Source: Candidatus Gastranaerophilales bacterium (lineage in GTDB: Bacteria > Cyanobacteriota > Vampirovibrionia > Gastranaerophilales > Gastranaerophilaceae). From it: a DNA stretch of 64,000 bases. The notes under the pieces were generated by a model. It saw nothing but the letters and a program-made list of their open reading frames with translations, was not told where the DNA came from and did not search any database. This document shows positions 47,224-56,497 of this stretch, one piece after another. Every line of letters starts with the position of its first letter. The stretch's first letter is position 1. Both the position numbers and the translations under genes were made by a program. The stretch spans positions 46-64,045 of the forward strand of contig CALURR010000122.1 of the NCBI GenBank assembly GCA_944323195.1. The letters run 5' to 3'.

Positions 47224-47978
47224 AAGAAATAAAAATTAGTCGAAAAATTTATACTTTCGCTATGAGCTCCGCCAACCTGCTGAGTAGTTCCGGCATATAC
47301 ACCAAAATCAAGTGCTTTTGATTTAAACGGAGAAACACTAAGCCCAATATCATGGTCTTGAGAATGATTAGAAGTATCATATTTATTATGAAAACTAATC
47401 GACAATTTATCTCCGATACTTAACACAGGAGTAAAATAAAGTTTTCGCGAAGTTGGGTTTTGGTCATTACCTCTAAAATTTGTTTCTAAACCGCTAGTCA
47501 AATTTAAAAATCTGTTAATTTTATATTCTGCACCTGCCAAAATACGATAATCGTTGCTATTATATTTATTTCGAAACTGTAAAGTATCTTGCATAAAACT
47601 AAACTTAGAACCAACAGGAATTAAAGTTTTGCTATTTTCTTTTATATAACTTTGAGAATATTTTCCAACATCATAACTTTCAATTTTTAATTTAAACGGC
47701 TCATAATTATCAGAAATTACATCATTATCGGAATTATTATTTAAATCTTCGTCTTGAGAAACAGAATTATCTTCAAGAGTTATCTCTTCTTTTTCATTTA
47801 TTTTATTATTTTCTTGCTCTTTTTGATATTCGCAAGAAGCACATTCAATTAAATAATCAAAATATTCCTGAGAATACAAAGTATCATTTTCAAATTCTTC
47901 TTGCTGAGTTTTGGCAAAACAAAACTGCCCCATAAAGGCAAAAAGAAAAATCAATAAAACTGTACATGTCTTTCTCAT
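47220..47978 (-). CDS. putative outer-membrane beta-barrel protein
   Basis: Signal peptide (MRKTCTVLLIFLFAFMGQFCFA), an acidic linker, then alternating beta-strand-like segments ending in the aromatic C-terminus NFYFF, which is typical of OMPs. Confidence 0.6.
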   Translation of the reverse strand: MRKTCTVLLIFLFAFMGQFCFAKTQQEEFENDTLYSQEYFDYLIECASCEYQKEQENNKINEKEEITLEDNSVSQDEDLNNNSDNDVISDNYEPFKLKIESYDVGKYSQSYIKENSKTLIPVGSKFSFMQDTLQFRNKYNSNDYRILAGAEYKINRFLNLTSGLETNFRGNDQNPTSRKLYFTPVLSIGDKLSISFHNKYDTSNHSQDHDIGLSVSPFKSKALDFGVYAGTTQQVGGAHSESINFSTNFYFF

Positions 47979-48030
47979 ATCAGTATAATATTATAAGCTC
48001 AATTTAGATTAGATTCAAATTCATTCAAAA

Positions 48031-49044
48031 TCATTCATTATATGTATTTTTAATTTGAATAAATTTATCAAAAGCACTTCCATTTTCCAGAGTTTTTCTT
48101 GCCAATTCAATTCCATCCATAATAGAATTAGCTTTCTTTGAAATATAAAGCGCCAATGCGGCATTTAATATAACACAATCCTTTTTAGCTCCTTGCAATT
48201 TATTTTGAAGCAATAAAATCATATCAGAAGCATTGGTTTCATAATCAGGGCAAATTAAATCTTTAAGAGAATATTCACTAAATCCCAGTAATTGTGGCGT
48301 TAAAACATAAGTAAAAATTTTATTTTTCCATGCTTCAGCAACATAAGTTTCCCCTTGCATAGTAACATAAGGAAAAGAATTATCGCCACAAAGAACGATA
48401 GTATTGTCATTATTTAATCTAAGAGCAATATTTGCAAATAAATCCACCTTATCTTTATCAACTAAACCAATAATCTGATTTTTAACACAATAAGGATTTA
48501 ACATTTTTCCCAAAATATCAAATATATTAGTAAACTCAAGACTTCTTGAAATCAAATTAGTGTATTTATAATATCTTTCATCAGGATTTAGTCCAAAATA
48601 TCCAAACTTCAGCCTTTCAAAATGTTTTATTGCGTTATTTTGATTAGCAAATTTAACACCCATCAATTTCAACAATTCAAATGACTTATTTTTTTCAAAA
48701 CAATTATTAAAAGTATATCTCAAAGCAGCAAGGGAATTAGCACTACAAATTAAATCAACAGCTAATTTTATATCAAAATAACCGCCATCTTGAGATATGA
48801 CAATATTTTCAAAAAAATTAGCTTTATCTCCATCAAGACAAATTTTATTTACAGATTCTCGAGCCGAAATGATAGCAGCAACAATTTCATCTATTGTTTC
48901 ATTTTTTATTTTTAGCGCAGTTATGAATGATGTTGCATTAATTTCACCTGCCAGTCCGGAAAAAATTTCATCAAAAGCTTCTTTTGTCTCAACTTCATCC
49001 AAATCATTTTTTAAAATTAATTTATTTATTAAACTTTTAATCAT
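48031..49044 (-). CDS. anthranilate phosphoribosyltransferase (TrpD)-like protein, divergent, likely non-canonical
   Basis: The N-terminal helical domain (ILKNDLDEVETKEAFDEIFSGLAGEINATSFITALKIKNETIDEI) and the NIFDILGKMLNP block match glycosyltransferase family 3. The GTGGD, KHGNR and DE motifs are not recognisable. Confidence 0.6.
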   Translation of the reverse strand: MIKSLINKLILKNDLDEVETKEAFDEIFSGLAGEINATSFITALKIKNETIDEIVAAIISARESVNKICLDGDKANFFENIVISQDGGYFDIKLAVDLICSANSLAALRYTFNNCFEKNKSFELLKLMGVKFANQNNAIKHFERLKFGYFGLNPDERYYKYTNLISRSLEFTNIFDILGKMLNPYCVKNQIIGLVDKDKVDLFANIALRLNNDNTIVLCGDNSFPYVTMQGETYVAEAWKNKIFTYVLTPQLLGFSEYSLKDLICPDYETNASDMILLLQNKLQGAKKDCVILNAALALYISKKANSIMDGIELARKTLENGSAFDKFIQIKNTYNE

Positions 49045-49164
49045 AAATTAAATATAGCATATTATTAAAATTTTTAACAAATAACTTTTTACTATACTTG
49101 CAAAATAAATATGTTTATAGTTTGATAGAAATAAGACAGTACACATTAAAAGGAATTTAATAAA

Positions 49165-49530
49165 GTGATTAAAATCAGACTAAAAAGACTAGGTTATAAA
49201 AAGAATCCTAGCTACAGAATAATCGCAATAGACAGCCGTTGCAAACGTGAAGGCGCTCCTATTGAAGAACTAGGTTTTTATAATCCTAAAACAAAAGAAA
49301 TGAAATTAAACGTTGAAAGAGCTAAAGTTAGATTATCTCAAGGTGCACAAGCTACTGAAACAGTTATGTACCTTATTAACAATGCCAACGAAGATGGCAC
49401 ATTAAACTATAAAAAATCAGAAAAAACAAAACTATCTAAAAAAGCTCTAGCTAAATTAGAAGAAGAAAAAGCTGCCCAAGCCGCTGCAGCCGCGCAAGAC
49501 GCGGAAGCTGAAGCTGCGCCTGAGGCATAG
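49165..49530 (+). CDS. rpsP: 30S ribosomal protein S16 with an Ala/Glu-rich C-terminal extension
   Basis: IKIRLKRLGYKKNPSYRIIAIDSRCKREGAPIEELGFYNP is canonical S16. GTG start. An extension of about 35 aa ends AAQAAAAAQDAEAEAAPEA. Confidence 0.93.
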   Translation: MIKIRLKRLGYKKNPSYRIIAIDSRCKREGAPIEELGFYNPKTKEMKLNVERAKVRLSQGAQATETVMYLINNANEDGTLNYKKSEKTKLSKKALAKLEEEKAAQAAAAAQDAEAEAAPEA

Positions 49531-49550
49531 TAGGAGATTTAAACACTCAA

Positions 49551-49580
49551 AGAGCCTCAAATTAATGAGGCTCTTTTTTT
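49551..49580 (+). terminator. rho-independent terminator of rpsP
   Basis: AGAGCCTCA aattaa TGAGGCTCT followed by TTTTTT. Confidence 0.85.
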
Positions 49581-49614
49581 ATATAGTTTTTATAATTTAG
49601 CGAAAGGAAACAAG

Positions 49615-50808
49615 ATGGAAACAAAAAATATAAACATTACACCTGCAAACAGAATAACAAACATGCCAAAATACATTTTTGCTCAACTTGCAGATTTAAA
49701 ACAACAAGCCATAGCGCGCGGTGTTGATGTTATAGATATTTCCATCGGAAATCCAGACGGCGCAACACCGGATCCTGTTGTAAAAGTAGCTCTTGAAGCA
49801 ATTCAAAATCCTATTAATCATGGTTATCCAAATTTTAGAGGCAAACCGGAATTAAGAAAGGCAATTGCCGACTGGATGAAAAAAAGATACTTTGTGGATA
49901 TTAATCCAGACACAGAGGTTCAAACCTTAATTGGCGAAAAAGAAGGTCTTGCAAATATTGCAATGGCTTACACTAACCCTGGTGATATAAACATAATTCC
50001 GGATCCGTATTATCCTGTTTTATGCAGAGGTACATTGATTGCGGGCGGAAAACCTTTCTTTGTCAATTTAAAAGAAGAAAACAGATTTTTAATAGATTTA
50101 AGTGAAATCCCAACAGACATAGCAAAACAAGCAAAAATGTTCTTTATCAACTACCCAAACAACCCAACAGGTGCAGTTGCACCAAAAAGTTTTTTAACTG
50201 ATGTTGTTAATTTTTGCAAAGAATACAACATCTTGCTTGTTTCAGATTTAGCTTACGGCGAAGTTTGTTTTTCAAACTATAGACCTTATTCAATCTTTAA
50301 CATAGATGGCGCAAAAGATATTGCAATTGAATTTCATTCATTTACCAAAACCTTTAATATGGCAGGCTGGAGATGCGGTTTTGCGGTTGGTAAAGAAGAA
50401 TTTATAACAAATCTATATTCAATAAAATCTAACATTGACTATGGCACATCAACAATAGTCCAAGACGCTTGCATTGCAGCCCTTACAATGCCGCAAGACT
50501 ATGTCAAAGGAATTATGGATAAGTATGATGCAAGAAGAGAAATTGTTGCACAAGGATTTAACGAATTAGGATTTTATGCCCCAAGATCAGATGCTACAAT
50601 GTATTTTTGGATAAAAATTCCATCAACCTTTAACTCGTCAATGGATTTTTGCAAATACGTTCTAGATAAAACAGGTGTATTGATAACTCCTGGAAGTGCC
50701 TTTGGAAAAATGAGCGATGACCACTTTAGGGTATCACTGGTTCAACCCATACTAAGACTCCAAGAAGTATTTAAAAGATTTAAAGAAGCAGGAATTAAAT
50801 ATGAATAA
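49615..50808 (+). CDS. class I/II PLP-dependent aminotransferase (LL-diaminopimelate/aspartate aminotransferase-like)
   Basis: MPKYIFAQLADLK...GVDVIDISIGNPDG N-terminus, NYPNNPTG, and the PLP-lysine context HSFTKTFNMAGWRCG. Confidence 0.85.
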   Translation: METKNINITPANRITNMPKYIFAQLADLKQQAIARGVDVIDISIGNPDGATPDPVVKVALEAIQNPINHGYPNFRGKPELRKAIADWMKKRYFVDINPDTEVQTLIGEKEGLANIAMAYTNPGDINIIPDPYYPVLCRGTLIAGGKPFFVNLKEENRFLIDLSEIPTDIAKQAKMFFINYPNNPTGAVAPKSFLTDVVNFCKEYNILLVSDLAYGEVCFSNYRPYSIFNIDGAKDIAIEFHSFTKTFNMAGWRCGFAVGKEEFITNLYSIKSNIDYGTSTIVQDACIAALTMPQDYVKGIMDKYDARREIVAQGFNELGFYAPRSDATMYFWIKIPSTFNSSMDFCKYVLDKTGVLITPGSAFGKMSDDHFRVSLVQPILRLQEVFKRFKEAGIKYE

Positions 50809-50837
50809 ACAAAGAGGACTAAGCCTCTTTGTTTTTT
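50807..50837. terminator. bidirectional hairpin terminator
   Basis: CAAAGAGG actaag CCTCTTTG plus TTTTTT. It overlaps the 3-prime end of the convergent gene 50819-51277. Confidence 0.75.
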
Positions 50838-51277
50838 AAATAATCGCAAAATTTTTTATTAACATCAAAATAAAACCCGCAATCATCAAGCATCTCTACA
50901 CCGCCATAAATTAAATCAGGATTGATGTCAGGATAATTCCTGCAAAATATTGGTCTAATCGGATAAATAAGACATTTATTATTTTTTGAAATAAATTTAC
51001 ATTCAAAAGTTAGCGCACCATTTTGAAACTCTTGTTTATTCTCAACAACTCCTGATATTCTAAAATTTCTATAATAACGATATTTCTTCTGCATTTGCAA
51101 AAACAAATCTTTTGATTTAACATAACCGTCTTGCGTACTAAAAAGAATATTCCTGCAACAATTTCCACACTTTTTACATTTGCCTTTTAGTACGTATCTG
51201 GAAGAAAAAATTTTATTGTGCAAATCAAAAAGACAATCCTCTACAAAGTTTTTAATTTTTAAAACAATTTTACTCAT
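50819..51277 (-). CDS. YkgJ-family cysteine-cluster protein (CxxCxxCC, UPF0153)
   Basis: The CKKCGNCCRN motif near the N-terminus and the later C...C pattern. The ATG at 51277 gives an ATGAGTAA overlap with the upstream gene. Confidence 0.7.
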   Translation of the reverse strand: MSKIVLKIKNFVEDCLFDLHNKIFSSRYVLKGKCKKCGNCCRNILFSTQDGYVKSKDLFLQMQKKYRYYRNFRISGVVENKQEFQNGALTFECKFISKNNKCLIYPIRPIFCRNYPDINPDLIYGGVEMLDDCGFYFDVNKKFCDYLKNKEA

Positions 51278-51701
51278 CCACAACCCTAAAAGCACCAACC
51301 GCAAGCTCTGTATTCAAATCAGTTATATCAAAAACCTGAAGGAAATATTTACCCGTTTCAGACAAAACAAAATAATCGCAATAATAATTTTTGTTTTTCA
51401 ATCGTACGGTTTTATTTCTTGCCCTTGTATAACCACCAATATGAGCTTTATCATCCTGCTTAACAATTTGATATTTAATATAATTAGATTTAAAACCCTT
51501 TGGATTATAAATTAAAAAATAAATTCGAGAGTTTATTTTAAATACACTGTGAGATTGAATTTCGGTCTCATAATTGCTATCTTCCATTGGATTTGTTGCA
51601 CTAATATATAAGGATGACTTATTTTTATCACCCCATCCAAAAGCAGTCTGTGTAACAAACAAGACAAAAAATATTAATAATAAACTACTCAGCTTTTTCA
51701 T
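51270..51701 (-). CDS. secreted hypothetical protein (143 aa)
   Basis: Signal peptide MKKLSSLLLIFFVLFVTQTAFG. Overlaps both neighbouring genes, which indicates an operon. Confidence 0.6.
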   Translation of the reverse strand: MKKLSSLLLIFFVLFVTQTAFGWGDKNKSSLYISATNPMEDSNYETEIQSHSVFKINSRIYFLIYNPKGFKSNYIKYQIVKQDDKAHIGGYTRARNKTVRLKNKNYYCDYFVLSETGKYFLQVFDITDLNTELAVGAFRVVDE

Positions 51702-53520
51702 CTACAATTAAATCGTATAATTTTTTAACTCTTAATTGAACTTTGGTTTTAGTAGCTTCGTCATCAGATAAATCAATATATTTTTCATATGCAAAAATTG
51801 CCCCTTGATTATTGTTTAAAGCTTCTAAAATCATGCCTTGAAGATAATTATAATCCGGATCATTAGCCTGAATTAATAAAGCTTTTTTAATGTCAGAATC
51901 TGCCAAATCAAATTTTTCTTTTTCATACTCAATTAATGCTTTATTATAGTACAATTTATCATCTTTTGAATCGTTTTCAATAGCTTTATCAAGCACAATT
52001 AGTGCTGTATCGTAGTCTTTTAATTCATACAATACTTGCGCATAATGAAGCAAAGCATCTTGATTAGTATTGTCAATCTGAATAGCTAATTCATAATAAT
52101 TTTTCGCATAAGTATGCATGTTAAGGGCTAAAGATGTATCAGCTAATCCTATATAAACTCTGTAGTCATCCTTTTTTAAAGTCAACAATTTTTCATACAA
52201 TGCTTTGGCTTTTTTATATTCACCTTTAGCATAGAAATCTTGCGCCATTTTTAATTGGTTTTCAAACATATCATTTTGAATATCAACTAAATATATTTTG
52301 TTTTGTGCCAATATATTTTCATCAGTTTTTAAAAGTTCATTATATATGTTTGACGCCTCGTCATATTTACCCAATTCACTATCAACAATTGCCTTATTAT
52401 ACAAAGCAATGCAATTAGTTTTATCCATAGCAAGAACTTCATTATAATATTTTAGTGCATCATTAAACTCGGCATTATTTTGATACATTTTGGCTAATTG
52501 CAGTTTAACATTATTATCATCAGACTTAACGCTAAGAGCATTATTTAAAACTTCAATTGCTTTATTATAATCATTTTGATTTGCATATAAATCAGATAAT
52601 GAAATATAAGCAGACATTTGAGACGGGTATTCTTTAATGAACAGTTCATACTGCTCAATGGCTTGAGGAATTTTATTTTTCTTTGCCAATAACTGAGCAT
52701 AATCATATCTTATTGCATTTAAATCATTATCTAAGTTTAATGCACTCTTAAACGATATTAAAGCATCGTCTAATTTATCCTGTTTCATCTGAACAATCGC
52801 CAAATTGGCAAAACTCATTGAATCATTTTTATTTATACCTACAGCGCTCTTAAAAGCAATTTCTGCTTTTGGATAATCACCATTTCGCATCAAGGCAAGT
52901 CCATAATTAGAATAATCCCTAAAATCTTTTGGATTATTTCTTAATGCAAGTGCAAAATTTTCTATCGAATTTTTGTAATCCTTTTCTTCAAGGTAAATAT
53001 TTGCAATTGCACATTGACCTTCTAAATCATTTGGATAAGCACTCAAAAAATCTTGATATGATTGTATGGCGCCTTTCGTGTCTTTTAGAAGATATTTAAC
53101 ATTTGCTATGTTAATATAGTTATATTTGTAATCAGGAATCAAAGTTTGCGCTTTTTCATAATTCAAAAGGGCATTTTGATAATCATATTGGTTTAAATAC
53201 AAATTACCAAGACTTACATACAAAAAACCATCATTTGGGCGCAAACTAATAGCTTTCTGGTAAGCCTTAATGGCTTCCAGATAATTTCCTAGACTCTCTT
53301 GAATACCTGCAAGCTTAATATTTAATACAGCGTCATCAGGAGAATACTGAAGCGCCTTATTTATATAATTAAGAGCCTGTTGATAATTGCCATCCTGTTC
53401 TTGCAAAACAGCACTGTTATATAATTGATTTGATTTTGGGCTCATTTTTGCATAAGATGGTACACTCATCAACGAAAAACAAGATATTACACACAATGTA
53501 GATAAAATTTTCTTATTCAT
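51685..53520 (-). CDS. secreted TPR-repeat protein
   Basis: The ATG at 53520 gives a signal peptide (MNKKILSTLCVISCFSLMSVPSYA). More than 12 TPR units of 34 aa follow (e.g. YNSAVLQEQDGNYQQALNYINKALQYSPDD). Confidence 0.85.
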   Translation of the reverse strand: MNKKILSTLCVISCFSLMSVPSYAKMSPKSNQLYNSAVLQEQDGNYQQALNYINKALQYSPDDAVLNIKLAGIQESLGNYLEAIKAYQKAISLRPNDGFLYVSLGNLYLNQYDYQNALLNYEKAQTLIPDYKYNYINIANVKYLLKDTKGAIQSYQDFLSAYPNDLEGQCAIANIYLEEKDYKNSIENFALALRNNPKDFRDYSNYGLALMRNGDYPKAEIAFKSAVGINKNDSMSFANLAIVQMKQDKLDDALISFKSALNLDNDLNAIRYDYAQLLAKKNKIPQAIEQYELFIKEYPSQMSAYISLSDLYANQNDYNKAIEVLNNALSVKSDDNNVKLQLAKMYQNNAEFNDALKYYNEVLAMDKTNCIALYNKAIVDSELGKYDEASNIYNELLKTDENILAQNKIYLVDIQNDMFENQLKMAQDFYAKGEYKKAKALYEKLLTLKKDDYRVYIGLADTSLALNMHTYAKNYYELAIQIDNTNQDALLHYAQVLYELKDYDTALIVLDKAIENDSKDDKLYYNKALIEYEKEKFDLADSDIKKALLIQANDPDYNYLQGMILEALNNNQGAIFAYEKYIDLSDDEATKTKVQLRVKKLYDLIVDEKAE

Positions 53521-53646
53521 AGTAATTCTATTATTAAACTTATAAAGATAAATTGCAACTATATTAAATGTAAAAAATATCCTATAGTTTATTTTCTTTA
53601 AAAACATTTTATATTAAAATAGTCATGACTTTGCGAGGTAGAATTT

Positions 53647-55752
53647 TTGTATTTTACAAATAAATTTAAAAAAATTATTTTAACTTTTTGCATTTTACAA
53701 ACAATGCTTGTTTATCCTGCTTTTGCATATACACAAAATACAAATGAACTGGATCTATTAAGAACAGAATTATCAACCATACAAGATAAAAACTCTCCTC
53801 AATACATTAAAACAAGACAAAAACTACAAAAATACATCTTGCAAAACAAAATAGACTATTCCCAAAATGCGAGATTGGAAGATATTCAAAGATTAATAAA
53901 TCAACAGAAATTCAATTGTGCAATATGGGAATTAAATTCTCTAATTGAAGAAGGATACCAAACGAGCATTTGTTATGAACTTTTAGGAGATATTTCATAC
54001 AAATCAAAACAGCCATCTAAAAAAACAGCTTATTACTACAAACAATCTCTTTTGAATGACAACGAAAATCAAAGCGTTTTATTTAAACTTGCAAAATTAT
54101 ACTTAAAAGAAAACAAAAATATACTCGGTATTGAATATTTAAAAGATTTAGCAATCAAAACAACTGACAGCAATATCCTTGAAACAATTGAAAAAATTGT
54201 GCAAAACAATATCACACCAACAAGCAAATATGAAGCAAACAACCTATATGAAATTTTGGGAATAGTTTATCTAAAAACAGGCAAAACTCAAGATTCGCTT
54301 AATGCCATCAATAAAGCAATAATAATAAATCCTGACGATATTTTTCTTAAATATCAACTTGGCAGTCTTTATGACAAACTAAACTGTACAAATGACGCAA
54401 TTTCAGTTTACGACTCAATTTTAAAAGAAAATACAAATGACTCGCAAATAAGATTATCAAAAGCAAAGCTCTTATTGCAAGATGGCAATTTTTTAAGTGC
54501 AAATAAAGAATATTTATCAATCCTAAAAGATTATCCAAATTCAGCTCAAGCAAAATATGGTATTTATGAAATTTACAAAAACAAATTAACGCCGGATAAA
54601 ATAATAGCCAAAATAAATTTCAAAGAAAATAAAAACTACAACCCAACAAAAGAAGATATTTTAGCATTTGCAAATTTTCTTGAAAAAATGAACGATACAG
54701 ATGGCGCAAATACTTTCAGAAATTACATTCGAAATATTGAAAAACAAAACATGCTCTCTCAAAAGCAACAAGAACAAAAACAATCCAAAAACGCTTCTTA
54801 TAATACCGATAAACAGAAAAAAGAGCAAACTACAACAAAAGAAAATCAACTTATTGCAAAAAAACAACAAGAACTTAAAAAACAACAAGAGCTAAAAAAA
54901 CAACAAGAGCTTAAACAGCAAGAGCTAAAAAAACAGCAAGAACTTAAAAAACAACAAGAAATAAAGAAACAACAGGAATTAAAAAAACAACAAGAACTTA
55001 AACAAAAAGAAGCTAAACAAAAAGAGTATGAACAAAAAGCAATTGCCCAAGAAAGACAAAAAGCAATAAAAAAAGACCCTAAAAAATATCAAGAATACAA
55101 AAAAACCATAGATAAATATTTAGCACAAAATCCAAAAGATTCTACAGTATATTGCGCAATAGCAAATACATACAGACAAATGGGCGAACCTACAAGCTCT
55201 ATAAAATATTACAAAGAAGCTCTAAAACAAGATCCTACAAACTCCGATATTTACTATAATTTAGGCTTAGTTTATTTGGAACTAAACAGCCTCGAAACAG
55301 CAAAAGCAAATTTAACAAAAGCAATTAACTTAAACAACGAAAATACAAAAGCGCTCACTCTTTTGTCATTTGTAAACCAAAAAATAGTAACAAAAATTTT
55401 AAACAATGCATATTCAAAATACGAAAACAAAAACTATCTTGACGCCCTAAAAATACTTGACGACGGCATAAAATACTATCCTAAAAATGCTCAAATATAT
55501 TACTATAGAGCGCTTGTCTACGACGCTATGGATAGAAATGGAGCAAGTATAATAGACCTTCAAAAAGCAATAGATATTGACCCAAGTTATTATATGGCTT
55601 ATTATCAATTAGGCAAGGCATATGAAAAAATAGGAGATGAAAGAAGTGCGCTTGTTGCTTGGGAAAGATTTTTATCAATAGAACCAGATGAAAAAGAATT
55701 AATTCAAGAAATTCAAAAAAAAGTTGTAACACTCGGAGAAAAATACTACTAA
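53647..55752 (+). CDS. secreted TPR-repeat protein with a central KKQQEL tandem-repeat linker
   Basis: TTG start with GAGG 8 nt upstream and a signal peptide ending PAFA. TPR units lie on both sides of a Lys/Gln/Glu low-complexity region. Confidence 0.85.
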   Translation: MYFTNKFKKIILTFCILQTMLVYPAFAYTQNTNELDLLRTELSTIQDKNSPQYIKTRQKLQKYILQNKIDYSQNARLEDIQRLINQQKFNCAIWELNSLIEEGYQTSICYELLGDISYKSKQPSKKTAYYYKQSLLNDNENQSVLFKLAKLYLKENKNILGIEYLKDLAIKTTDSNILETIEKIVQNNITPTSKYEANNLYEILGIVYLKTGKTQDSLNAINKAIIINPDDIFLKYQLGSLYDKLNCTNDAISVYDSILKENTNDSQIRLSKAKLLLQDGNFLSANKEYLSILKDYPNSAQAKYGIYEIYKNKLTPDKIIAKINFKENKNYNPTKEDILAFANFLEKMNDTDGANTFRNYIRNIEKQNMLSQKQQEQKQSKNASYNTDKQKKEQTTTKENQLIAKKQQELKKQQELKKQQELKQQELKKQQELKKQQEIKKQQELKKQQELKQKEAKQKEYEQKAIAQERQKAIKKDPKKYQEYKKTIDKYLAQNPKDSTVYCAIANTYRQMGEPTSSIKYYKEALKQDPTNSDIYYNLGLVYLELNSLETAKANLTKAINLNNENTKALTLLSFVNQKIVTKILNNAYSKYENKNYLDALKILDDGIKYYPKNAQIYYYRALVYDAMDRNGASIIDLQKAIDIDPSYYMAYYQLGKAYEKIGDERSALVAWERFLSIEPDEKELIQEIQKKVVTLGEKYY
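54859..54999 (+). repeat. in-frame 18-nt tandem repeat (about 8 copies, one of 15 nt) encoding (KKQQEL)n
   Basis: aaaaaacaacaagaactt units were read directly. The translation is KKQQELKKQQELKKQQELKQQELKKQQELKKQQEIKKQQELKKQQEL. Confidence 0.9.
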
Positions 55753-55768
55753 AATTAGGGAAAGAAAA

Positions 55769-56497
55769 ATGACAAAAACAGCGATTATTATACCTGCAAG
55801 ATATGCTTCAACAAGACTTCCGGCAAAACCATTACTGGAAGTAAATAATAAACCAATTATTCAATATGTATACGAAGCTGCAATAAAATCAGAGCTTGCA
55901 AATGAGGTTATAATTGCAACAGATGATGAGAGAATAAAAAAAGCAGCTGATAATTTTGGTGCAAACTGCGAAATGACAAAAGTTGACCATAAGTGCGGTT
56001 CAGATAGAATTGCAGAAGTCGCCCTAAGGCACAATGATTTTGACAACATCTTAAATTTACAAGGAGATGAACCACAAATTACTCCCGAAGTAATAGATTT
56101 AGCAATAAGTACCCTAACAAAAGACAATAATACAGACATCTCAACTTTAGTTAGAGAAATTACAGATGAAAATCAAATAAATAATCCAAATTGCGTTAAA
56201 TGCGTATTTGACAAAAATTATAATGCGCTATATTTTTCAAGATGTCCTATTCCCTATCCCAGAAATAAAAATGCAAGTCCATATTATGCACACATTGGCA
56301 TTTATGGTTACAAAAAAGATTCATTAATCAAAATGACTCAATTAGAGCAAGCTCCACTAGAAAAACAAGAAAGCCTTGAACAATTAAGAGCGCTATACAA
56401 TGGCATGAAAATCAAAGTAGCAATTACTGATTTAAACCCAACAGGCATAGACACAATTGAAGATTATGAAAAATTCAAAAAACTAATGGAAAATTAA
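55769..56497 (+). CDS. kdsB: 3-deoxy-manno-octulosonate cytidylyltransferase (CMP-Kdo synthetase)
   Basis: AIIIPARYASTRLPAKPL, GSDRIAEV, NLQGDEP, and the GIYGY plus LEQLRAL motifs. Confidence 0.92.
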   Translation: MTKTAIIIPARYASTRLPAKPLLEVNNKPIIQYVYEAAIKSELANEVIIATDDERIKKAADNFGANCEMTKVDHKCGSDRIAEVALRHNDFDNILNLQGDEPQITPEVIDLAISTLTKDNNTDISTLVREITDENQINNPNCVKCVFDKNYNALYFSRCPIPYPRNKNASPYYAHIGIYGYKKDSLIKMTQLEQAPLEKQESLEQLRALYNGMKIKVAITDLNPTGIDTIEDYEKFKKLMEN

